Positions 48,064 to 62,667 of a stretch of 64,000 nt of DNA are shown piece after piece. The DNA is taken from assembly GCA_013239625.1 (NCBI GenBank), contig MU054187.1:17786711-17850710 (forward strand). Direction: 5' to 3'. The first letter of the stretch is position 1; every line of letters begins with the position of its first letter. The notes beneath the pieces were generated by a model that was not told the origin of the DNA, ran no database searches, and worked only from the letters and a program-made list of their open reading frames with translations. Source of the stretch: Lama guanicoe. Taxonomy: Eukaryota. A program made the translations under genes and the position numbers.

Positions 48064-50696
48064 CTGTAATAAATAATATAAAATAATATGGTTAAACTGG
48101 GGACTTTTCTGATATGTAGTAATTATAAAAATAACAATGTTATAATACTTGGTATTTATATGTGCATTTTAAGGAAAATAACTAGCCTAGCTTAGCTGAC
48201 TAGGCATGAAGAATAGTTTTCTGTAGTTGAAGAATAAACAAGTACATACACAAACCCTCACATTTTTAGAGCTTCCCCTAGACTCTACAGTTTAATCCCA
48301 GAACATGTTGAGAGAATCTGGCTCATTTGGAGAAATAAAAGTACCTATTTAGCAGTTATATTCTATAGGCAAAGTGCTATGAATTTTGAAATCATGAAGT
48401 TGAGATGCATTTTATAGGTTTTTTGGTCCAATTTCCTGCCACTATCAAATAGCTAAAAATGGGAGTTTACATTAGAACGAAGGGAAAGCCTCTTGACGTG
48501 TGAGAGTAAAGTTGAAATTCATTCTACAGCATTTTTAACAATCCAGTTTGAGGGAGGATTTTGCTGGGAAAGAGTGGGATTGAACAGGTGAATTGTAGGA
48601 GTGGGAAGGCAGACTGGCGCATTCTCATTTTTCTTTTCTAAGGAATATAATATGACAAGGTAGGGATTACCTGCAACAAGAATGTAGTTGACATACCAGA
48701 AAGAATTTTCTAAGGATTCAGATTCTTTATACACAGGGCTGGACTAACTCTGTCCAGCAAACTAGCAATCCCATGCTGTCAGGGCTTCTAGAAGGACTTC
48801 AAGCAATCTCAGTCTATATGCTGTCCTCAAAGGAACAGATAAAAAGTGGAGTAACGGCAGGATTTAATCATGGGCCTCAATCTTCCTCTGCCTCTCAGAA
48901 AAGTATGCATTACTCTTCTCGCCTGTGCAAAGTATAAATGATCTCTGGGTTTATATATATTATCTGTTTTACCTGTAGGAATTATAGCCTGAACATGTAA
49001 TCATTCATAACCATTCAACACTTACTACAGGCCAACGTGCAGGGACCTCTGCCAAGCTCTCTCAGGAAACAAAGATAAGAAAACACAATCCCATTTTCCT
49101 GTGCCGTTCCATATAAGGGCCGACACTGTATTCCTTAGACACTTCCACATCATTTCCTATCTTTGGAAAAGCATGCTTATGTCAATGGAAGATTTGTCAG
49201 TGCCAGCCACCCGGGTCATGCTGCAAATATCTCAAGTGCTAATGGATGTATTTTCTGTGACTATCCTCATGTTGCCATTATACACATTTCTGAAGAGGTA
49301 GTGGAGAATATTTGCCTGTTAAGTTATTTTCCTGTTGACTTGTATTTAACCCCAAGAAGAACATGCATACACTTCTCTTTGATAAAACATGCATTTCCTT
49401 TAATCCATGCCATCCCTTAAAAAAAAGAAGCTAAGCAAATGTGCAGCTAATCTGTATGATATTTTCCAATTTACCAAAAATATTATATGAAAATATGTCA
49501 CAGAATTAGTACCTATTTCTAGGAGCATTTTAACAAATCGCATGACACATGAATATTTGAAAAACCATATTGGTTAAGCCAATGCTCCAGGTATTTAACA
49601 AAACTCTTTTTTGGCAGATACAGAAAGGTAATATTATACCAAGTGATTTGTTTGCCAAATGTTTGCAGCAGTAGATAAAGCTGCTACAATATACTTAAAA
49701 GGTTGACTCATCTAAAAGTTACAATTATAATTGACTAGTTGACTTTAGCACATTTTGTGAATAAATTTAACATAAGCATATACGAATGCCAACTACAGTC
49801 ACTTTCTGAAGTTGTTTTCATTTAAGCCCTATAAGAAAGATGGTTCAATCTAACACTTAAAGAATCATAGAGTTGGAAAGAGCTTTGTATATCCATCTTT
49901 TGATTTAACAAGTAATAGAATTACTTTATCAGTAATAGTTTTTATAGGCATCTTGATATATTGGAATATTTCCTCATATTTATTTTGAATATGGAAAACC
50001 ATGAGAGATAAGCCAAGATCACATAGACTGTGAACTCAGTATTTTCCAGTATAAAACATTGTTATATAAGTTGTTCCAAAATACATAATGTCCTTTCAAT
50101 TTGTAGAATTACATCATCTTTCATTTCAGCATAGTTTTCTTCTATCTTTTAATTTTTTCTATTGCATTTGTAGCAGTCTCTTCCTCAGAAATACTATTAT
50201 ATATACAACAGATTTTCTATTTCACTTTTTCTTTTGTACATTTTCTTTGATTTTTAAAAATTCCATTTTTGTGTGGTTTTCTCTAGCATGTCTTCCATAT
50301 GCATGTTCCAATGCAGCACTCATTTCTGATTTTTCATTTTTTCTCTATTTCCCCCTCTAAACCTACAGCTCACTTTCATTTTTTCCATTATCTGTTCTCT
50401 GATATTGTATTGTTTTTAGCTCTTTTTACTTGAGTTCCTTAGAGAGTGTTAAGAAGAAAAATTTTGACATTTTTTACAAATTTTATGGATAATTAATCTG
50501 TGGTCTGAATTCCTCATTTGCCTTATTTATGTATTGATTTGATTATTATGCATTCATCTGTTTATTCACTTATTTTAGTAATATCCATATGTAGTGTTTC
50601 CTTTTTGATTTTCTGATTATTTTTTGAAGTGATGTTCAAATAAATTAGATTGTTGTTCAGCCAACATTCAACTCATCCCCTTAAGCCATGGGAGAA

Positions 50697-51141
50697 TGTA
50701 TTAGTTTCTTACGGCTGCTGTAACAAAGGGTACCAAAAATTTGGTGACTCAAAGCAACAGGGTTATTCTCTCACAGTTCTGGAGGCCAGAAGTCCAAAAT
50801 CAGGGTGTCAGTTAGAGACTTATAGAGAACCCATTGTTTGCCTCTTCTATCATCTGGGAGCTGACAGCATTCTTTGGTGCTCCTTCGCTTATGGCTACGT
50901 GGCTCTAGTCCCTGCCTCCACCTTCACATCACTTTCTTATGTGTGTGTATATGGTGTCTCCCTCTGTTTTCTCTTAATGAGGACACTTGTGATGGCATTA
51001 AGGGCCCATTTGAATAATCCAGGATAATCTCACCAGGTCCAAATGCTTAATTTAATCACACCTGCAAAGACTCATTTTCCTTATAAATTTCCAAGGATTA
51101 GAACCTGATACCTGTGGGTTACCATTATTCAGCTTACTACA
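50697..51141 (-). mobile_element. Complete MLT1 (MLT1B/C-like) solo LTR
   Basis: TG...CA termini with a perfect 5-bp TSD GAGAA (50692-50696, 51142-51146); internal ctcacagttctggaggccagaagtccaaaatcagggtg. Confidence 0.85.
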
Positions 51142-51321
51142 GAGAAGTATTTCCCTGCCCATTGATGTTGAGTTTAACCAAAAGATTTTGCTGTGGGTAG
51201 TGGATATTCGCAGATTGAGCAAGAGCACAGACTTAAAATACACTTGCAACTTGCACAACTAAGTTTGGTCCCTTGCATTTTTGTCTTTCAACATTAGGAG
51301 AATAAGCCTGTGGTAGCAGCT

Positions 51322-51822
51322 TGTGTTCATTACCTATACTGCACAATAAATTATCACAAAATTTAGTAGCTTAAAGCAACAAACATTTTTTATTGTACAG
51401 GTTCTGTGGGTCAAGAATTTGGGATGTTAATTGGCTCCGCATCTTCCATGAAGTTGCAGTCAGGATGTGGGTCATGTCTGTACTCACCTCAGGCTTAACT
51501 AGGACTAGAAAATTGATCCACTTTCAAGATGCCTCATTCATCTAGCTATTGACAGGATGCCTTAATTTCTCCCCATGTGGCCTCTCCATAGGCTTAACTG
51601 AATGTCCTTTCAAGATAGTGCTGGCTTCCCCCAAAGTATGCAATTCAAAAGACAACAAGGAGGAGGCCACAATGCCTCTTATGACTTAATCTTGAAGTGG
51701 CACACTGCCACTTTCATTTTAAGTTACTGGTTCGAAGTCCACACTCAAGGGGAAGAGAATTAAGCTCTCCCTCTCAAAAGGAGGAGTGTCAGAGAATTTT
51801 GTGGATGTATGTTAAAACTACC
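51322..51822 (-). mobile_element. MLT1F/G-like LTR, apparently nested in an older MLT1
   Basis: aataaattatcacaaaatttagtagcttaaagcaacaaaca...ttctgtgggtcaagaattt...gaagccacaatg-like gaggccacaatgcc...cacactcaaggggaag. Confidence 0.65.
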
Positions 51823-52619
51823 TTCCAGCTGCTCCTCCACCCAGTGACCCAGAATGATACATGTGAAGGCAATCGACCCCAGCCAACTTGCTTATCTGTG
51901 AATCTGAGATAAATGCATATTGCTCTCTATATTTTGTTTGTTATGAAGTAAAAGCTTTTTGGATTGATTAATTGTTCAAAATGAGGTGGGAAGGTGCAAG
52001 GGCAATGGACTGGGGCAGCCAGCACTTTCAGTTCAAGTGTATTGCCTCAGAACACATTCCTAACCAATTGCTATATTCTCTGTCATAAAGAGACAGTCAT
52101 CTTCTTAATTTTTTCATGTTTTCCCCATCAGGAGAGATAGTCAGTCTGAGTCACTGAATTGTTATGGTCACATGTGATCTCAGTGAGCTAATGTCTGTTT
52201 ACTGACTATAAATAATTCTCACCAGCAGCTACATAACTGATGGCTGTTTCTTTTGTGTTCACCTTCTATTCATTTTGTAAGTCTGGGCCTAAAGACTGGG
52301 GTTTTGACCTAGAAAAGAAAGATTCAGTCTCATGTCTTACTATTCTTTGGAAATGGACTTGGTCCCTACAGAAATATTCTTTATTTCTGATCATCACTAT
52401 CACAACCCATCCATGGCCCAAAACCTTGTAGCATATAAAGACCCATATGGAGGACATTTTGAAAAGTGAGACTTATTTTTAATGAAACTTGAACTCTGTA
52501 TGAAATTTGAAATAGTCTATATCATTCTTAGAATCCTATTTCAAATGTTACAAATTTTTACCACTTTTCAGGTAGCTTCTCAGATTATAGTATGAACTGG
52601 TAGTTGATTCCTAGCTTAA

Positions 52620-53660
52620 ATGAAAAGTCATTCATTTATTCTTCGTTCAAATACTTGTTGAATATCTACCATGTGTCATATAATAGTGGAGACAGAACTG
52701 TTACCAAAATCACAGATAGGTTCTTCCTTATAGAAGTTTACTGTCTGGTGGTAAAGACAGATACCCATCCAATAACCACAATCACATCCCAACTTGATAA
52801 TTGTTATGAATGAGAGGTATATGCTACCGTGGAGGCCTATACAGGAAGTATTTTACTTAGGAACTTCAGCAAACACTTCCCTGAGAAAAGAACTTTAACT
52901 GAGATCTGAAGCTTGAGTGAACTAGAGAAAGAGAAAATAGAGGAGGACTGAAGATGTAGAAAACACCATGTATGGCTGTAGTTTAGTGGGAGGGAGCAAT
53001 GGCAGGGGGGCTGCTGGGAGAAAGAGACCAACAGAAAGCAGGTTTAAAGCTGAGAAAGCAACAGAAATCACTGGTTCCATATGAAACCGGAAGGTCTGGA
53101 AGAGACTAAATTATGCAGGAGGGGCTTAAGGACATGTTCAGGAGCTTTGTCTTGATCCTAAAAGCAATGATTAATGACTAAATACCTTTTACAAAGATCA
53201 TATTAATAGCAGCATGGCGAATGGTCTGGAAGGGTTCAAGAACATATATGTGTTAATATTTAGGAGGCTATTACTTAGTGCTCGAGATAATGGTTTATTG
53301 GACTTGGTGGCGGGAAAGACCGTAGAGATAGGTGAACAGATTTGAGAAATATCTAGAAAGCCAATATAACATGATTTGAGAATTAAAGTTAAGGAAGATT
53401 GACATACCAGGGATGATTCCTGGGTTTCTGGTGTGTGCAACAGAATATACTGTGTTGCCATTCACTGAGATAGGGAATAGTAGATGAAGTGGTGTGAATA
53501 AAGTATGTGCTTGGTTTTAAACAGATGAAGTTTGAGTTGACATTTAGAGATGCAAGAACAGATGCCAAATAGACATATACATAGAGAAGCCAGAAAGTTA
53601 GAAAGAAACCAGGGGATAGATTGTTTTAAGATGGTGGTGATCCGTAGTGCACAATGCCAA
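52620..53660 (-). mobile_element. L2 LINE fragment
   Basis: ttcatttattcttcgttcaaatacttgttgaatatctaccatgtg...gggatgattcctgggtttctgg...gccattcactgagataggga. Confidence 0.7.
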
Positions 53661-54699
53661 TTAAAAGGCCAAGTAAGTTGAGTCCCATATAAAATCTATT
53701 CACATAAAGAAAGCAAAGCTAAAATAGAAAAATAGCTGATAATAGATGGTAGAATTAATGGTGAAACATAAGGTGAAATATTAAGCAGATATGATATTTG
53801 TTTTGAGGTAATATTTATAAACAGGGGCATATGCTTATAATAAAATTTATGCCTATAATAAAAATCTTTCAAAAAAAAGATATTATGTATAAGCATATAT
53901 TCAAATGTATATGCATATGCACACACATGAATATATGTATGAGGACTGATTAACTAATCTCCATTTAACTAACTCTCTGAGATAATCAATCCCAGTCAAA
54001 CGTATTGACTAATGCAGACAGTATACAAACTAGCAGTCTAGTTTCTGATGTATTTGTGTATTTTTGGAGTCACAATTTGAGTTGCATATGTACTAAGTCA
54101 ATTCCTTAACACTAAGTTATATTTATTATTTAATTATATCACTTAATTAAATACTATATAAATCAAAGAGATAGTATGAAAACAGAGTTGCTTGTAGGAC
54201 TTCTAGTTTCCAGTCTGGCATGTAAGGAGTTCAGAAGTCACCACTCGATCATAACAACAAGTAAAAAGCTGAACAATACACAGTATAGCAGTACTACCCA
54301 TATCCATACAATAATATATCACCTTATATTTATTATATAATACACACACACACACACACACACACTTCTCTTTGACAACAATGCTTGTAAAATAAACTAT
54401 TTTTAGGGACTTGTTTACTAAGATTGTTCACATAGACCAGTGGAGGAATCAGCAGAAAATTAACATGCTATCATTTAAGTACTGCACCTGTAATTAGCCT
54501 TGCAGCCACAGTGACTGATTTCTTAAGAAGTTAAATGTTTTTAAATATCATTTAATATCAGCATTCCACCCAGAGGTGATTTTACCCAGAGAGGTGAATA
54601 CCAAGATAGGAGTATAATATTTCTCTTGCCTGTAAAGTGGCCCACCTTACACTGAAACCATGAATTCCAGCCTTAGCTACATCAAACCCCAGTCATTTA

Positions 54700-54950
54700 A
54701 AAAACTGAGACATAATTGACATTTGACATTAGTTTCAGGTGTTCAACAATATATGATATTTGTATATATTACCAAATAATCACCACAGTAAGTCCAGTTT
54801 AATAGGTCTGGTTAACATCCATCACTACACATAGGCACAATTTTTTTCTTGTGAAGAGAACTTTTAAGATTTACTCTATTAGCAGCTTTCAAATAAACAA
54901 TACAGTATTATTACTATAGTCACTGTGCTGTACATTACATCACCAAGATG
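54700..54950 (-). mobile_element. L1 (L1MA-like) 3' end
   Basis: gagacataattgaca...tcaccacagtaagt...gagaacttttaagatttactctattagcagctttcaaata...tattactatagtcactgtgctgtacatta. Confidence 0.7.
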
Positions 54951-55034
54951 TAATCCCAGTTTTCTGGGATTGTTCTGGATCATACCAGAATGACAGCCTA
55001 TCTGGTTAGCTCCCCCGTTCATTCTTAAAAGTGT

Positions 55035-55528
55035 TGTGAACAAAAATACTGCATTGTGAGTGAAAATACTGCAGACATATCAGTAAACAAAGAATGCTGA
55101 AACCAAGGCATCAGCGGCTGCCGCCACCCCCCAGTGGGGACAGACCTGCAGCCCGGCCTCTGCAGCCACTCACAGTGGTGCACTCTGAGGGGACTCAGAA
55201 TAAGAAAGGACAGGATACTGGCCCTAGATAGCTAGGTGCTTGTCAAAGGAATGAATTCAGTGAGCCCAAATCTTTGCTTCCTCCCACACACAGAAAAGGA
55301 CTAAATTGTTTAACTTGAGATGCCTGGTTTTCTTTAGATAACAAGTAATCTTTTATTGTTCCAACTACCTGGTTTTTACTGTAAAGCTCCTATATATCCT
55401 AGATCCTCCCCCACCTCTTGGGAGCAGTCCCTCAGAGCGATCTGAGAGGCTGTCATCCCAGCTCGAGTCCTCCCGCCAAATAAAACAGAACTCTTAACTT
55501 TTAGGCTGCGCATTTATTTCAGTCGACA
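55035..55528 (+). mobile_element. Complete ERV1-class solo LTR (MER41-like) in IL7 intron 2, antisense to IL7
   Basis: TG...CA ends, 4-bp TSD GTGT on both sides, TATA-like TATATAT at about 55391, AATAAA at 55479-55484, and a 3' end ttttaggctgcgcatttatttcagtcgaca. Confidence 0.85.
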
Positions 55529-55599
55529 GTGTTTAAGTTTGGGCAATAAAATATTTTCTCGCCCTATTTGTACTATGGTATCTTGATTCTGGTTTGCAT

Positions 55600-56560
55600 G
55601 ATATAGTTTTCCCATCTTTTAACTTTTTAAATTATTTTGAACATAACTTAAAAATGTTTTAATGCCATGTATATTGCTGGCTTCTCATTATTCAAACAAC
55701 ACAGGTATATAATGTAAAAATTTTCAGTTTCTCCCCATTGCCCCCACTAGAATCACCTATCTGAAGTGATTAATATTAGCAGTTGATCTTTAGATTAGAG
55801 AATATCTTTCTTGCTTGAAAAACCTATGCATATGTGTGATATGCATACATGTATACAAAATTCACACATACACATGCATACAGAGGGCTTATGAAGGTAC
55901 TTTCCTTTACCATTTAAAAAATAATATCATAGTATATACATTATTCTTCAACTTGGTTTGTATTATTTTCACTTAATATTATGATCATCATTCTAGGTCA
56001 AACACATCTAGAACAGTTTTTCCATAGCTGCATAATATTCTGTATTAGGTATATTATTCCAAGGTTTAGTCCACACTTCTCTTACTGAGGAACAAGGTCA
56101 ACATTTGCTACAACAAGCAGTGCTATAAAAGACGTCGTTGGGTGTGAATGTGTGTGTGTATGTCTATGTGTATATTATCTCCTTTTACATAAATGTTTGT
56201 ATTTTTGTAGAATTGGTTCCCGTAATGAGATTTGCTGAAGGAAATGGTATATTCATTTAAAAATCGTGATGTTTGGTAAAAATGATTCACGCTTCCACCA
56301 GCAAATAAGGGAACCCATTTTGTCACACCCTTGCTAGCACCAGATGTCATAAGCCTGTAACAATTTTACCAATCGTGATATGTGCCTCATTATAGCTTAA
56401 ATTTGCATTTCCATGACTACTAAGGGATTAGCGTCCTTTCATGTTAATCGACAATTTGCATTTCCTTGCCTGTGAATAGCCTGTTCTTAACTGTTTTCTT
56501 AGGTTGTTTGTCTTTTAATGATCAGTTTCTACATTTTATAGTAAGAATTTTTTTTTAAAA
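55600..56560 (-). mobile_element. Old L1 (L1MD/ME-like) 3' region
   Basis: ttttcacttaata...ttccatagctgcataatattc...gaaatggtatattcattt...ttaaatttgcatttccatgactactaa. Confidence 0.55.
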
Positions 56561-57352
56561 CTTTGCATGTTTCGTTTCAGGAGTATCTCTCATATAATGT
56601 ATTTTTTTCATACAATTAGTCCTACTTAAGTTCAGAGTTTAAAATAATTTATATTTATTGTCAGGTATTCATTACTATTTCTTTATGATCCTTTTCATTT
56701 GTTTTGTAATTTTGGTTTATAAAGAAGAATTCTTTTGAAAGTGTTTTCCAAAAACTTAAAATTTCATTTTCTCTCAATAGAAATAGTAAACATATCTATT
56801 GGTCATTCTGCTATAAGAAAAGAAATTTATCATTTTGTTTACTTTCTCTCAGTCCTTCAGTAACCACATGGTTGAATTTTAGTTTTTAAGTGAAGCATAT
56901 TATTATTGTGTTTCTGTTATTACAATAACTAGACATCACTAAATAGTTCAATATTTAATGGTGGTCATTTTATATCACCATTTCTCTATTACTGATGTTT
57001 ATTAATATCTTGTTTGGCTGAACTAATCTGAGGGTCAGTTTTTCTTGTTACTGTTTAAGATACGTAAGTTGTATCCTTACTGAGATTTGTGTATCTTTGT
57101 GTTCTTTGGCACATTGAATAAAATTTCCTAGGACTAGGATTGTGGATTCATGCCCTTGCAATCACAAATCAAAGTAGAAATTGCTCAACTAGAGATAAAA
57201 ATTGGTTAAAAAAAAAAAAAGTAGGGTAAATTTTCCTTTATTGGAAATGCTTTCTCTTTATTCTTCCAGAAAGGATGCTTGTTGAAAAATTTCTCCTTGA
57301 TTTCTCCTAGTGTTTGTCTCTTGTTATTATTGTTGATATATAATCAACAGAC

Positions 57353-57385
<33 letters not shown>

Positions 57386-57400
57386 ATATATATATATACC
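57353..57400. repeat. Compound (TA)n/(TG)n/(TA)n microsatellite
   Basis: Read directly. Confidence 0.9.
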
Positions 57401-58451
57401 TATACATATTTTAATACAGAAATATATCTCAACTCTGGAATTGTTCCATCTTTTTCATTTGTTATATTTTCTTCAGAATCATTCATTATTCATAGATTAG
57501 CTCTGTGGACTCTATGGTATCAATTACCTTCTCTTAATTATACATATCCATACATACATAGACTAATAAGCATATATATATTTTTGGGGGGGTTGGGGAG
57601 GGAGATGGGTATATATATATACACACACACATAGTTGTATAAAGTCTTTGCCTTTTCTTTTTGGGAAACCTTTACATGTGTGTCTATGCAACGATTATAA
57701 TATAAAGTCACTCTTCTTTTTTATACACACATTATCATAACATAAGCCTTTAACTTCCTACCCTCTGAATATGAACTCCTCTCGAAGTGACATGTCATTT
57801 CTGAAATTTCCCGTGGTTTATCTCATGGGTGCTCTGTGATAAACTCCTCAGATTCTTCCTTTTAGTCTCCTTGTCCTGCTGACAAGAGCTGCCTCTAGGG
57901 ATGGTGACCTTCATGAAATCACCACTTCTTTCGCGTAAAGCTGTTTCTCTAGTGACAAGCAGGAATGTTTCCCCTCCAGCTGTGGAGAGGGATCATGGCC
58001 TTTCCTATGTCCGAGTCATTTTCCTGGCTGCTGGAACTATCTACACGCCTATTTCAATGGACATTGTGGTTTTCTTTCCACATCTTACCTCTCCCTCCTG
58101 TCTTCATTATTGTGCAGTCAAATGGGTTTTTTTTTTAATGGAACTTAAAGCCACTCCTACCTCTGGGTTGGGCTTTGAGTGGTCTAAGACTTAGATACCA
58201 CATTGATAAGAGTTATCCCATCTTCCCTCCTAGAGCAACTGCCTCAAAAAAACCGAGGTCTAAGTAGCAATCAGTGCCTTGGAGTTCTACTGGCATAAGG
58301 ATTATTTCATAGGTAACCCAATGTGAATATAGTTAGCATCTTGGTTAGTGAGTTAAAGGCAAAAGAATGTTCATTTTTCTGGATCTGAAAGAAGCAAGAA
58401 ACCCTGGTTGCTACTGATAGGCCACAGCTTAAAGCCAAATGACTCATGGTG

Positions 58452-58565
58452 ATACAGTTCTCAGAGCTTTCTGAGATGCTCTTCCTGGGTTATAATCCTC
58501 AAATTTGACTCTAATAAAATTTTCTATTTCTTTCTTAGATCGACTGATTAATTTTTCATCACCAT
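58452..58565 (+). mobile_element. 3' fragment of an ERV1-type LTR
   Basis: cagttctcagagctttctgagatgct...aataaaattttc...gatcgactgattaatt resembles the R/U5 part of the LTR at 55035 (cagtccctcagagcgatctgagaggct). Confidence 0.55.
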
Positions 58566-61500
58566 TATCGCAGAAATGTCCTCTTCTTAGAATGATTGAT
58601 GATGTTAAACAATACACAACACCACAACAGTCACCAAAACCATTACACCCCATAATCTCAGACAAAGCGAGTTCACAAATAGGTGGGAAAACTAATGATA
58701 GGCAAAGCTACCACACAGACACAGGTTCGCCCAGTTACAAAGCCCGTGCTCTTCCTACTACACCACGTTTGCCATCAAGGTAGTGTGAGCTTCCAAAGGG
58801 ACCTGCAGTGGCAGAGTGTTTGGATCTGAAAGGATGCCAATCCTTGCACTCTTTTCCAGAGTAAACTTCCCCCAACAAATATCTTGAGCCTCGTGTTAAG
58901 TCCAGGTAACCAGTCAAGATTCCTTTCCCTTGCGATGAATTCACCCTGTCAGTGGATATCAGCCAGGAACAATCCACTCTTTCATAAATAATCTAATATC
59001 ATGGGACCTCAAGAAATAAGAGGTTGGTTCTTAATCTCATTCCGCCTAGAAAACTGTATATAGATGTGTAATTATCTCCTCCTTAGCAATCAGTTGTGCA
59101 TAAAAGAGCACATTGGATTTGTAGAATTTATGTAGCCATAAAAGAAGTTCTACTAGTCTTTTATTTTTTAATTAATTAAGCATTTTATGCCACTCTTTTA
59201 AAATAGACTTCACTTTTAAAAGCAACTTTTGGTTTACAGAAACACTAGAAAAACAGACAGAGAGTTTGCATATATCCCCTCCCCTCCATCCACTATTTCC
59301 TGTATTATTGATGCATTGCATTAGTATGGTAGCTTTGTGACAATTCATGAATCAATATTGTTACATTATTATTAACTGAAGTTCATAGTTTATATTAGGG
59401 TTCACTCACTGTGCTGTAAAGTTCTATGGGTTTTGACAAATGTATGTCGTGTATCCGCCATTAAAGTGTTATATTGAATAACTTCACCTCTCTAAAGTTA
59501 TCCTGAGCACTACCTAGTAATCCCCACCCTCCCTCCCCAATCCCTAGCAACCACTGATCTCTTTACTGTCTCCATAGTTTTTTCATTTCTAGAGTATCGT
59601 ACAGTTGGAATCATACAGTATGTAGCCCTTCAAGAATGGATTCTTTTACACAATATGCATTTAAGATACCTCCATGTCCCTTTGCGGCTTGATAGTTCAT
59701 TTCTTTTCATCACTGATTACATTCCACTGAATGGATATATCACATTTGTTTATCCATTTACTTGTTGAAGGACATCTTGATTGCTTCCATTTTTGGCATC
59801 TATGAATAATCAAAGTCTCTATGAACATTAGCATGACACTTTTAATGTGAACATTAGTCTTCAACTCATTTGGGTAAATACCTAGGTGAGGTATTTCATG
59901 GTATGATTATGTTTACCATTGTAAGAAACTGCCAAACTGTCCTCCAAAATGGCTGTACCATTTTGCATTCTCACTGACAATCAATGAGAGTAGCTTTTAC
60001 TCCACATTCTTGCCAGCATTTGGTGTGAGGGGTTTCAATTTTAGTCATTTGTTCGTTGTGTGGTGCTATCTCATTGTTTTAATTTACAGTTCTCGGTGGC
60101 ATATGATCTTAAGCATTGTGTCATATGCTTATTTATTATGTGTATATCTTCTTTGGTGAGGTGTCTTCCAGTATTTTGCCCATTTTTTTTACTGAATAGC
60201 TTCCTTTGTTATCTCTGAGTTTTAACAGTTCTTCAGATATTCTGAGTGCAAGACTTTGATCTGACATGTGTTTTGAAAATATTTTCTCCCAGTGGCTTGT
60301 CTTTTCATTCTCTTAACAGTGTCTCTCTCAGGGTAGGGCTTTTAATTTATTGAAGTCCAACTCCATTTTTTGTTTCTTTCATGGATTGTACTATTGAGTG
60401 TTAAACCTACAAAGTTATCACAAAATCCAAGATTACCTAGTTTTTTTTCTTATGCTATTTTCTATGAGTTTCATAGTTTAGTTTTCCATTTAAGTTTATG
60501 AACCATTCTTAGTCAATTTTTGGGAAAATTGTAAGTTCTATTTTTTTGTGTGTAGCTGTTCAATTGTTCTAGACCATTTGTTGAAAAGACTATCTTTTTC
60601 TCCATTGAATTGGCTTTGATCACTTGTCAAAGATCAGATGACTGTATTAGTGTTGGTCTATACTGGGCTGTCTATTATGTTCTATTGATTTGTATATTCT
60701 TTCATCTATACCACACTTTTTTGATTATTCTAGCTTTATAATAAGTCTCAAGTTTGGGTAATATCAGTACTCTGACTTTGTTTTCTTTTTCAATATTGTG
60801 TTGACTAGTCTGGGTGTTTAGACATTCCATATACTTTGGAATCAGGTTGTTCATATGCACAGAATAACTTTTGAATTTTGATTGGAATTGCCTTGATCAG
60901 ACTGGGAAGAATTGACATCTTAACAATAGTGAGTCTTCCTATCCATAAACATGGAATGTCTCTCTATTTATTCAGTTCTTTTTGATTTCTCTCATCAGAG
61001 TTTTATAGTTTTTCTCATATGGATATTGTACATATTTTATTAGATTTTACACCTGATTGTTTCATTTTTATGTTAATGTAAATGGTGGTGTGTTTTTAAT
61101 TTCAAATGCCAATTGCTCACTACTGAATGTATATAGAAAAGCACTGTCTTTTGTAATTAGTCTTGTATCTTGCAACCTTGTCTTGCTTAATTGCTTATTA
61201 GCTCCATGAGTTCTTCTGTTGATTCTTTTGGACTTTTTTATGAAGATAATCATGTCATTTGAAAACAAAAACCTTTTTTCTTCCTTCTGTATGTATTTTA
61301 TTTCCTTATCTTATTGGACTAGCTAGAACTTCTCAAATGATGTTGGAGAGGTGAGAGAGTACGTTATTAACTTGCTCTTAGTTGTAAGGGAAAGCATCTA
61401 GTTTCTCACCATTAAGTATGATATTAACTGTAGGTTTTTGTAAATAAATGTTACCAGTTTGCATAAATTATTGTCCATTCTTAGTTTACTGAGAATGTTT

Positions 61501-61874
61501 ATAATAAATCCCTATTGGATTCCTAAAAGAGCTTTCCTATCACATAAGGCCATCGTCAGGTTTTGGTATTAAAATGATGCTGGCCTCAAAGAATGAGTAA
61601 CTATTCTCTCTGTTTCTATTTTTACAAGAGTTTGTAGAGAGTTAGCATATTTGCTTTCTTAAATGCTTGGTAGAATTCATCAGCGAAACCATTTGGACTT
61701 GGAATTTTGTGTTTTGTAAAGTTATTAATTGTAGACTCAATTTCTTTAATAGAGAAAATAGACCTATCCTGATCACCTATTTCTTCATGTGTGAGTTTTG
61801 GCCACTTGTATCTTTTAAGGAATTGACTCATTCATCTAAGTTATCAAATTTTTGGACATAGAATTGTTTATAAT

Positions 61875-62667
61875 TGTATTAGGCAATGTTCTCCAGGAAA
61901 ACAGAACCAGTAGAACCATTGTATATATATATATAAAGTTTTAAAGTAACTAGCTCATGTGATTGTAGGGTCTGGCAATTTCAAAATCTGCATGATACAG
62001 CAATAGGCTGGTTGTCCAGGAAAGCTGATGCTGTAGTCTTGAGTCTGAAGGCAGTCTGGAGGCAGAATTCTTTCTTCTTTGGAAGAGCTCAGTCTTTACT
62101 CTTACAGCCTTCAAGAGACTGAATGATGTCTTAGTCTGCTCAGGTTGCAATAACAAAATACCACAGACTAGGTGGCTTAGATAACATATTTATTTCTCAC
62201 AGTTCTGGAGGCTGGAGAGTCCAAGATCAAGGTGTTAGTCAATCTGGTTCCTGGTGAGAACCTCCCTGCTGGCTTACAGGAATCATCTTCTCACTGTATC
62301 CTCACACAATGGAGAGAGGAGGCTCTGGTGTCTCTTCCTCCTCTAATAATGGCACTAATCCCATCATGAATAGCTGTCCTTATGACCTCATCTAAAACTA
62401 ATTACCTCCTACAGCCCCCACCTCCTAATACATTTGAGTTCAGGGTTTCAGTGTATGAATTTTGGGAATAACATACACTTCCAGTCCATAACAAATGAGG
62501 ATCATCCACATCATAAAGGATCACTTAACCTGTTTTCCTCATAGTCTATTGATTTAAATGTTAATAACATCTAAACAATATCTTCACAGCATCATCTGAA
62601 TTGCTGTTTGACCAAGTAACTGCAAAGCATAGCCTAGCCAAGTTGACACATAAAATTAACCATCATA
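61875..62667 (-). mobile_element. MLT2 (ERVL) solo LTR inserted in the L1
   Basis: tgtattaggcaatgttctccaggaaaacagaacc...agccaagttgacacataaaattaaccatcata; 5-bp TSD ATAAT (61870-61874, 62668-62672). Confidence 0.85.
62127..62493 (-). mobile_element. MLT1A-like solo LTR inserted in the MLT2
   Basis: tgtcttagtctgctcagg...cacagttctggaggctgg...ccagtccataaca; 5-bp TSD AATGA (62122-62126, 62494-62498). Confidence 0.85.

Noticed and set aside
50650..51027. 125-aa ORF
   Set aside because: Lies almost wholly within an MLT1 LTR; chance open frame.
56569..56578. GTTTCGTTTC ISRE-like motif
   Set aside because: Single motif at the edge of a decayed L1 with no partner sites.
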